Assembly (NCBI GenBank): GCA_937127245.1
Contig: CAKZLU010000017.1
Coordinates: 3,452 to 67,451 of the forward strand
Direction: 5' to 3'
DNA from: an uncultured Actinomycetes bacterium
GTDB taxonomy: Bacteria; Actinomycetota; Geothermincolia; Fen-727; JACVIW01
DNA length: 64,000 nucleotides
The translations under genes and the position numbers were made by a program. The notes under the pieces were generated by a model. The model saw only the letters and a program-made list of their open reading frames with translations. It made no database searches and was not told the DNA's origin. Positions 11,062 to 18,937 of this stretch are shown piece after piece. How positions within the stretch are numbered: the stretch's first letter is position 1; each line of letters starts with the position of its first letter.

Positions 11062-11543
11062 TCTAATCCCGCGCCGCGGAGGTTGTCTCTTGTGAGAAGC
11101 CCAGACTCCCCCAACTCGTCCGGCGCGCTTTGAAAATAATCGAAATCAACGGGCAGCAGCCCGGTGAGGGGTCTTGCATTCGACTATATGATTAAAAGCA
11201 GTCAGACAATCACATCTCCCATCGAATATTCCGCGGTCAAAAAGATTTCGGCGGAGCAACCCGTTATTGTGAAGTGGTGAGCAACACAGTAGTCATTCCA
11301 AGCGCCAGACGGATACGTTTGGCTCTTGATAGGGCTCGCGCGGCGCTCGCTGTCCACAACCTTACTCAGGGACGTAAGGGACTCGGATGCTCCCTACCAA
11401 CACAGCCCGCTCAACCTTCCGCATGTCAATTATCAATCGGATCCGTATTGGCATATCCATTTCAATCGGAACACCACTTGAGGTCATGAAAGGGACCTGA
11501 GCCGTTAACTCAACTTACAAGCGTGAAGAAGAAAGGAGAAAAA

Positions 11544-12730
11544 ATGGAAGGGATAAACACACCCGAAACATCCGCTGACCCTAAGGAGTTAGGGTTTGAC
11601 CCCGACCGGCTTAAGAGCATGAAGCGCTCTATCCAAGCCGATATCGAAAAGGGACTCTACGATGGAGCTGTCTTCATAGTGGCACGGCACGGACAGATTG
11701 CCCTGCATGAGGCGACAGGAAAGACCGACCTGGAGAAAACACGGAATCGAAAACCGATGACATCTTCTTCATCAAGTCCATAAGCAAGCAATTCACAGCC
11801 GTGCGGGTCATGATGGACATCGAGCGGGGCAAAAACGGCTTCAACACGCCCGTCAAAGACATAATCCCCGATTTCGGCAAGAAGGGGAAAGAGCGCGTCA
11901 CGATAGGGCAGATACTGACTCACACGAGCGGTCTGAACAGCGAAATACCCTACGAGCTCCCCGTTGACCAACTCGGCAACATCGAGGCTGTAACAGCCGC
12001 CTGCGCGAACGAGCGCCTCCTGTTCACCCCGGGAGCGATTCTCGCATACAACAGCATCGCGGCATTCTCCATCCTCGGCGTCATCGTGCAGCGCTCTGAT
12101 GAGAAAGGACGTCCTTACCGCCAGATGCTCCGCGAGGATTTGTTCGAGCCGCTCGGAATGGTTGACGCTTATCTGGGTCTGCCCGACACCTCTCGTGAGC
12201 GAATCGTTCCCGTGGCGGTAAGAGACCAAACTCCCGGTCTCTTCGAGCCGATCCTCCTGGATGCAATGAGCTTCAGCGCAAACGAGGAGACTGAACTTCC
12301 CGCCGGGAGCTGCACATCCACCGCAACAGACGTATTCCGCTTCATGGAGATGATGCGCCAGGGCGGTGAGCTGAACGGCGTGAGGATACTGTCGCCCGCG
12401 ATGGTCAAGACAGCCACAACCTGCCAGACAGGCGACATGCGAAACCATCTGCTCGACTACATGAACGAGATGTACGGCTGGAATGATAGCGAACTTTCGC
12501 TCGGCATGGCCTTCTTTGTCAAAAGCGGCAAAGCAAGGGTTACTCCGCCTGTCACCACAACCTCACCTGGCACCTTTGCGGCAATGGGCGCGGGCTCAAC
12601 AATAACCTGGGTTGACCCAGAGCTCGACCTCACTTTCGTGTTCCTGTCAGCGGGACTCCTCGAGGAGGGGGCGAGCATAACACGCCACCAGCGCCTTTCG
12701 GACATGGTGGTAGCGGCAGTGTCGGATTGA
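11544..12730 (+). pseudogene. serine hydrolase (beta-lactamase/EstB-like family), frameshift at ~11750
   Basis: GFDPDRL N-terminus, SISK (SxxK) just after the shift, ILTHTSG, WVDPELDL. Confidence 0.85.
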
Positions 12731-12752
12731 GTCTTTCAAGGGGGCGATAAGA

Positions 12753-13537
12753 TTGCCGGATTACAGAGACAAGTTCAAGGACAGGGTCGCGCTCGTGACG
12801 GGAGCAGCTTCCGGCATAGGGCTTGAAACCGCGCGGCTGTTCGTGGAAAACGGGGCGAATGTCATCGAGGCGGACCTCGACGAGGAGAGCCTGAGGAAAG
12901 CCGAGTCCGATCTTGGGAAGCGGTTTGCCGGCAAGGTGTGCGACGTCTCAAATGATGAGGACGTAAGGGCGCTCGCAGATTACATCGAGAACGAACGCGA
13001 CAGGCTTGATGTCATCGTGAACAACGCCGGGGTGGGGCGGCTGGCGACGGTCGATCAGATGACCGAGGAGGATTTTTGCTTCCATTACGACGTGAACGTG
13101 AAGGGTCCGATGCTAATGGTGTCCCGATGCCTGAATTGCTTGAGGAAATCGGACTACGCATCGATCGTGAACGTGTCATCGAGCGCGGCCCGGGCGGTCC
13201 TCGGAGGGCTTCACTACCTCTACTCCTCTTCAAAGTAGCGTTTCTTGCATACGCGGAGCACCTTGCGCGCAACCTCCCAGGGATCCGCGCGAATACCATC
13301 CTGCCCGGCTGGATCGACACACCCATATACGAGCGCGCAGGTGTCTCGCGCGAGTTCGTGGAAGAGGTTTACGGCAGGGTGATCCCTAAAATTCCCGCTG
13401 GGAGAATAGGGAATCCACGCGATGTGGCGGAATGCATCGTTTTTCTATGCTCGAAAGCCGCATCATACGTGAACGGGGCTGCTCTCGATGTCGGAGGGGG
13501 ATTGCTCACCGGCGTGGACTGGGCTTGGCCTTTCTGA
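12753..13537 (+). pseudogene. short-chain dehydrogenase/reductase with a single-base frameshift at ~13235
   Basis: TGAASGIG, VNNAG, YSSSK, then IRANTILPGWIDTP and VNGAALDVGGG in the shifted frame. Confidence 0.88.
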
Positions 13538-13835
13538 GAAGATTTACGCGATACGGAGGCTTTGGAAATTTAACGCAGAAATTCAAGCGGTTTTGCTGTT
13601 TTCCGCTGGAATCACAAGGCCTTAGGAGAATTAGGGCGAGATGCGAGGGTTTTCAAGTATTCCAAGTAAAAACGGATAACCGGCGTCATCACACCATTGT
13701 TCATGCCAAAAGCGAAATCCTAAAAATACACTTTTGCCCATATGCGGTAGCCGAAGCAAACCCTTATCTCTTCCCTACTTCATCCCTCAATCCGCTCGTT
13801 ACCTTTTCAAAAGAGGGTTTTAAATGCGACCAAGA

Positions 13836-14600
13836 TCACTTCTTGCGCTTCTTGAGGGATTCGAGGAGGGACTCAATGCGGGCTTTGTTGTCATCAGAGC
13901 CGATGTAGGACCTGAACAGCCACTCTTGAGTCCTCATCGCTGTATCAAGGTCCATCCCGAGCACGCTAAAGCCGAGCCGCTTTATCTCCGCGAGGCACTC
14001 TCGGTCGCAGGAAGCCATCTGGCGTGCTATTTCATCAACGGACTCCACAACCTTCCCCTCGGGGAATACCTTGCTTACATAACCAATGCGATAAGCTTCC
14101 TGAGCGTCTATTATCCTGCCGGTGAGCGCAAGTTCTTTAGCCGGTCCCATTCCAACTATCCTCCAGAGCGGGTCGAGCAGGGGAGTAAGCGAGAGAATGA
14201 CTTCCCTCTGCCCGAATCTCGCCCTCTCGGATGCGTAGCGGATGTCGCACATCAAGGTGAGATCGAAACCTCCCGCGATGGCGGGTCCACCAACCGCCGC
14301 TATGACCGGTTGGCCGCAGAAGAGTATGGAACGGTATGCCCTGTGGAAAAGCGCCGTAAATTCCTCATTCGATTCCTTTTTTATGGTCTTGATGTAGTCG
14401 AGGTCAAAACCTGCGGAAAACATCTTCTCCCCGCCCGTGAGCACAATGACGTTAACATCCCTGTTCTGGTCGAGTTCGGTGAAGACATCCTCGATCTCTG
14501 AGAGCACCTCCGGGGACAGAGAATTGCCCTTCTCGGGTCTGTTTATTGTCACAGTCGCGAATTTGTAAGAAATCGAAACAAATAAGTATTTCTCGCCCAT
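13836..14600 (-). CDS. enoyl-CoA hydratase/isomerase (crotonase)
   Basis: INRPEKGNSL, FSAGFDL, AIAGGFDLTLMCDIR; GGAGG RBS. Confidence 0.92.
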   Translation of the reverse strand: MGEKYLFVSISYKFATVTINRPEKGNSLSPEVLSEIEDVFTELDQNRDVNVIVLTGGEKMFSAGFDLDYIKTIKKESNEEFTALFHRAYRSILFCGQPVIAAVGGPAIAGGFDLTLMCDIRYASERARFGQREVILSLTPLLDPLWRIVGMGPAKELALTGRIIDAQEAYRIGYVSKVFPEGKVVESVDEIARQMASCDRECLAEIKRLGFSVLGMDLDTAMRTQEWLFRSYIGSDDNKARIESLLESLKKRKK

Positions 14601-14760
14601 GATTAACCTCCTAATCTACACCAAAGTGCCCAATGGTTTGACTAAGCATCGCCATCACCCAGCATCAAGCCTTTTGGCACTGCTATCTTATCAAGAAGCA
14701 TCGCTTTTTAAGACCGCCCCGCCGTGCCGTATCCAAGCACTTTGAAACCACGCTCGCCGA

Positions 14761-14910
14761 GTATATGGCGCTCTTGTGTGTGGCGCACTTGTATATGACG
14801 CTCTTGTATGCGGTGCTCTTGTGCGCGGCGTTATTGTTTGCGGCGCCAATCATTACGCCCTTTATACCGTAATTGGTCAATTGCGCGGTACTCTCGTGTG
14901 CGGCGCTCCT
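14761..14910. repeat. degenerate 15-bp tandem repeat (6 units plus 2 more after a 30-bp gap)
   Basis: gtatatggcgctctt / gtgtgtggcgcactt / gtatatgacgctctt / gtatgcggtgctctt / gtgcgcggcgttatt / gtttgcggcgccaat; two more units at 14881-14910. Confidence 0.8.
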
Positions 14911-15569
14911 TATCTTGACCGCATCGTAAAAGCTGCGCTTGAGAGAACTGGCGAGATTTTTTGATAAAGGGGAGCTTCTGCGGTTTCACGTGTATTAAGG
15001 CAGTGGATGCGTGTTTATGCGCTTGAAAGGGCGTATTCGTGTTTATCCGTATCAAGAAATAAGCGCCGCATGGCGGTCCGATAACAGAGACCCGCCTTTC
15101 ACGCGACAGAATACGATGCGCAGGTAATGAGTGTCCTCCTGTTTGAAAAAAGATTCTCGTTCGGTGGTAATACCGTCATAAGCGTTCTTCCAGTCATTCC
15201 ATCCGATGTAGTGTGTTGGGAAACACAAACCGGTCCTGACAAAAGCCTGAAGCCGCGTATTCAAGGTGCTTACACTCCACTCAGACCATGATTTGTCCGC
15301 GCTTAACGCGCGCTGGACTTTTAAGACTTAATGCCGCCGACTATACCGTCTATACCTATACCCCGATCGCTTCCCTGTTTTCGCTTCCCGTCTTTTAGTA
15401 TCAATGGCTATCGGACTTAACCCAGACCCTAATCAGCGCGAAATAGCCTATCAAAACGCTAATTTTTAGAAAGCAGGCCAAAGGGCTTTGTTGAACGTGC
15501 CACAGCCGCAATTAAGGGTAATTTCCTCAATCTCCTTCCCTAAGGTTAATCTGATTATCTCCAATTGCA

Positions 15570-16139
15570 TTATTCTTGCCGCAATTTGCGTTTGCGCGCT
15601 TCGACCTCTTCGGCTATCACCTCGCGGGGGGAACCCAAATCGCAGAGCGCTTTGAAGTCCGAAATTAAGATGTATAATTCTCGGTCATTGCCTCTCTCGT
15701 CATTGTACTTTATGACAAGGTAGTGTGTTGTGGGGCTGTCCGGAGTATGTTCCTTGACGGTTGTCACATTGTTTATTTTTTCAAGCGGGATAACCGTGAG
15801 CTCATCTCCAAATCGGTATATGAACTCAGAGTCTTTGATCTCTAAATAACATTTATCCGGATGTCTTCTGTGCTCGAAAAATTTTTTGAAAAGACTGGCG
15901 AACACGGCTGCAAATCCTCCCGCGAAAATGCAACCAATGAGCAGGAAAAGAACCATCTTCATGTTCCTGTCGTAGAAATAGACGTTTGCCGCGCCTATAA
16001 GCAAAGCTATTGCGCACAGTGTGGCTGCCGATGTGGCAAAGCCCATGAAAACAACTGATATTATCCCAGGCTTACCTGCAACCACACGGAAAACCTCATC
16101 ATTTGTCTCACCAGATTTTTGCATCTTTTCCATTTCCAA
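15570..16139 (-). CDS. hypothetical 2-TM membrane protein with a beta-rich (PH-like) C-terminal domain; paralogue of 16721-17278
   Basis: Two hydrophobic helices, then IPLEKINNVTT, LVIKYNDE, SDFKAL..GSPREVI. Confidence 0.7.
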   Translation of the reverse strand: MEMEKMQKSGETNDEVFRVVAGKPGIISVVFMGFATSAATLCAIALLIGAANVYFYDRNMKMVLFLLIGCIFAGGFAAVFASLFKKFFEHRRHPDKCYLEIKDSEFIYRFGDELTVIPLEKINNVTTVKEHTPDSPTTHYLVIKYNDERGNDRELYILISDFKALCDLGSPREVIAEEVEARKRKLRQE

Positions 16140-16720
16140 AAGGAAAAACGCATTAAGGGTTGCAGATTTTGTATAGATTCTAACACGCGCCAGATCGTCA
16201 ACAAACGCGCAAATGCTCCACGGGAAACTCCTCGAAAGACCGTTAGCATTTCCAGTTTCACCGCAGGATTTTTGGGTAACCCCATAGTTCCAAAAAGTGT
16301 TCCAACAATGGAGAGGGAAAAGAGGGAGGAGGTCTGTGGAGCAAAAAGAAGCAACGCATCAGCCCAAAGGAGATAAGCCCACCGCACGCGGCACGCGAGA
16401 TTTCCTTCCGCCCGAAGGGTATTTGAGCAGTCGCCGTAAAACAAAGTTGGTCTTTGTGATGGTAAGAAAACTGCTCATGTAGTTGCTATTAAAAAGATGG
16501 AATTGGGTGTCTTAAAGCCATCGCGCAGGAGGGACAAGGTAGTTTTCGGCATGGAGGGTGTGCCAAAGTAAAGGGATTGCGGCTATGTCTAACTTGCACC
16601 TACCTTTCCAACCCCTTGGTGAACCGCCGGAACTTGGTAATTCCTTTTCGCCCGCGGCTTCGCGGCATTCCCGTGTAACATGAGGCTTCCCTCACGGGGC
16701 TTCCAAAGCGTTCACAACCA

Positions 16721-17278
16721 TCAAGGACGGTGCTCAACTCTACGTTTCTTTATCTCCCGGGTGATCACTTCATCAGGCGAGCCGTACTCGGAAAGGGGTT
16801 TGAAAGACGATAAGGGTATTACAAGTTCTTTCTTTAAATCCTCTTCATCAAAGTACTTGATTACAAGGTCATATGATACCGGGTAGAGTAGATGCGCTCT
16901 TGTTTCTGTAGTAACCTCAGTGATTTTCGCAAGCGGGATAGATGTACAGTTTCTTCTATTTCTGTATGAGAATTTGGAACCGCTAATATCGATGTAATAA
17001 TTTTCCGGGTTTCTCCACTGGTCGAATAAGCTTACGAACACACGAGTGAAACGGTATGCAAGCCCAGAGGCGATGAGGAAAAAGGGAAAGAGCATACCGG
17101 TAATCATAAAGTCCTTCTCGTATATTAAGAGATCCAGAGTGCCGACAAACAAAGCAATCGCACAGATTAAAGGCGTGACCGCCGCGATTGCCCAAGAGGC
17201 AAGTGTTATTGCAACCGCTTTATCGGCAAGCATGTGAAAGGATTCAAGTTCAGGCGAACTTTGATCAGGCATCCGCAT
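16721..17278 (-). CDS. hypothetical 2-TM membrane protein with a beta-rich (PH-like) C-terminal domain; paralogue of 15570-16139
   Basis: Two hydrophobic helices, then IPLAKITEVTT, LVIKYFDE, SSFKPL..GSPDEVI. Confidence 0.7.
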   Translation of the reverse strand: MRMPDQSSPELESFHMLADKAVAITLASWAIAAVTPLICAIALFVGTLDLLIYEKDFMITGMLFPFFLIASGLAYRFTRVFVSLFDQWRNPENYYIDISGSKFSYRNRRNCTSIPLAKITEVTTETRAHLLYPVSYDLVIKYFDEEDLKKELVIPLSSFKPLSEYGSPDEVITREIKKRRVEHRP

Positions 17279-17435
17279 CCAATCAGATTGCGGTGCCGAT
17301 AGCGCGACAAGGAAACAAGAAGGATTGTATCAAATGAGGAAAATGATTTAGCACCCCAACTTTTTTCAAACATGGATTTGGTCTAAACCCCATAGGACCA
17401 AAAAGTCTTCCAATTGCAGAGAGACAAGCGGAAAG

Positions 17436-17530
17436 TGTTCCGCTTCATAAAAAATGAGACACCTCCAAGTTGGATGATATCATCCATAACACTGGGAGGT
17501 GGAACACGGAAAAGAAGAGGAAGCGGAACA
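17436..17530. mobile_element. 95-bp element with perfect 11-bp terminal inverted repeats; possible MITE or internally deleted IS3-like remnant
   Basis: TGTTCCGCTTC (17436-17446) and GAAGCGGAACA (17520-17530); TG...CA ends; internal hairpin CACCTCCAAGT-TGGATGAT/ATCATCCA-taac-ACTGGGAGGTG; no target duplication seen. Confidence 0.45.
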
Positions 17531-17554
17531 GTTTAACAGCAGCCAACGAATTCT

Positions 17555-18649
17555 TTACTCCACTTCGAAACAAGGCTCGGCTATTTCATCAATGAACTCG
17601 GGTTTCAAAACATGGAGTAAATCTTTCGCCTGTTCAATTTTTTCTTTCAGTGCCGAGTACGAAATGTATTGACAGCATTCCGACAGCGGCGGTTTTAATC
17701 TCGCAAACGTTGGCCTCATTATTTCTTTAATAACCTTTTCACGCCTCTCCTCTGGCGCAACTATGTACAGTTTTATCTTTATATTCGGTTGCATTGAGAT
17801 AAGATCTGACATTCTAAGAATTCCGCTGTATACCGAACTCGTGTGTTCCACTTCAAACGCCGCAAAGATTGATTTACCATCAAGCCAAACAACATCTATA
17901 TTCTTAATCGTACTATTTGTTGCCTCGTCAAAGTGGAGGGGGATTTCGTCCACGCAGTAATCAGCAAATTTCATTCCTTTGTACTCTTTGTTTTTATCAT
18001 TCCGAGCAACACTTACGTCAAAGCTAAGATTTCTGCCAAGATCAATCAGCAACCACTGGATTTCTTCATGGCTAACTTTAGTCGGCAAACTTTCGATTTC
18101 TGATTCATCCTCCTCGGGAACAGTAACAATGCCCCCTTCGGTTGGATAAGTCGGAAATACTTTGGGAACCCTCCTGTATTTTTTCTCATCATAAGGAAAG
18201 GGCCTTGGATTCTTCTGTGCATTTTCCATCGCTTCTATAACCACACGTGCGTCTTCGGGTTTCATCTTCGCCGGCGATCCCCGAAAATATCCGGTCCATG
18301 CATGGGGGCTTTTCATATCTTGAAAGTACGAAAGCTTATCTTTGAGGTTAAGTATAGGGACTGCATTTTCCGGCTTGAGAAGAATCAATGGCTTGACAGG
18401 GAATCTACACGGAAAAATCTCCTGAGACCATATTGTTTTCTCAGTGTCGTAATAGGTAGGACCAGTCACCTCCAGCAAGCCGATCCACCGTGAAATGCCA
18501 GTACAGTAGCAAAGTAGGTAATCACCGGGCTTTACCTGCTTACAGACCTTTTCTCTTGTTTCCCTGAACCCTGATACGTTGGCCCCTGCCCCGAGAAACT
18601 CATCCCATGTTGTCCCAGTGAACAAGTCAAGCCAGTAACTTCGACCCAT
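17555..18649 (-). CDS. EVE domain + PD-(D/E)XK nuclease fusion; putative modification-dependent restriction endonuclease
   Basis: N-terminal YWLDLF...VKPGDYLLCY..GISRWIGLLEV (EVE/PUA-like); C-terminal HEEIQWLL..LG, IDVVW, AFEVEHTSSVYSGILRMSDL; more AT-rich than its flanks. Confidence 0.8.
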   Translation of the reverse strand: MGRSYWLDLFTGTTWDEFLGAGANVSGFRETREKVCKQVKPGDYLLCYCTGISRWIGLLEVTGPTYYDTEKTIWSQEIFPCRFPVKPLILLKPENAVPILNLKDKLSYFQDMKSPHAWTGYFRGSPAKMKPEDARVVIEAMENAQKNPRPFPYDEKKYRRVPKVFPTYPTEGGIVTVPEEDESEIESLPTKVSHEEIQWLLIDLGRNLSFDVSVARNDKNKEYKGMKFADYCVDEIPLHFDEATNSTIKNIDVVWLDGKSIFAAFEVEHTSSVYSGILRMSDLISMQPNIKIKLYIVAPEERREKVIKEIMRPTFARLKPPLSECCQYISYSALKEKIEQAKDLLHVLKPEFIDEIAEPCFEVE

Positions 18650-18937
18650 CCTTAACCCCCATTTCAGCGCGTCTTATTGGGATAATTTAGATATCCCTGG
18701 TGAATTTTACCACATAAGAGGGTTTGGTTTGCTTGGAATAGTCTTCGACTTAGAGCGCTCGGGGGTGGAATTGTTTCGCCCCTTTTATGCGTCTCTCTCC
18801 AAAAAATTATGTGTGTTTAGAGTTTTTAGGCCACCCTGGTCAATTCATTCTCTACTCACAGACGGATACTACCTCTTGTAGTTAAACACACAAAAGCGCC
18901 AACTGCACAACATGGTTAATCCCTGTGCAGGGGAACC

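Noticed and set aside
11544..12730. Antibiotic-resistance beta-lactamase
   Set aside because: No signal peptide and a catabolic context; fits a cytoplasmic esterase
11657..14501. Long antisense ORFs (11657-12448, 13824-14501; also 28901-29668, 63052-63699)
   Set aside because: Shadows of well-supported genes on the opposite strand
15570..18649. Integron cassette array
   Set aside because: GTTRRRY-like words exist (e.g. GTTAGAC near 16590 on the minus strand) but no matching RYYYAAC/attC structure and no integrase
18810..18892. 10-bp inverted repeat TGTGTGTTTA / TAAACACACA
   Set aside because: Low complexity; chance occurrence plausible
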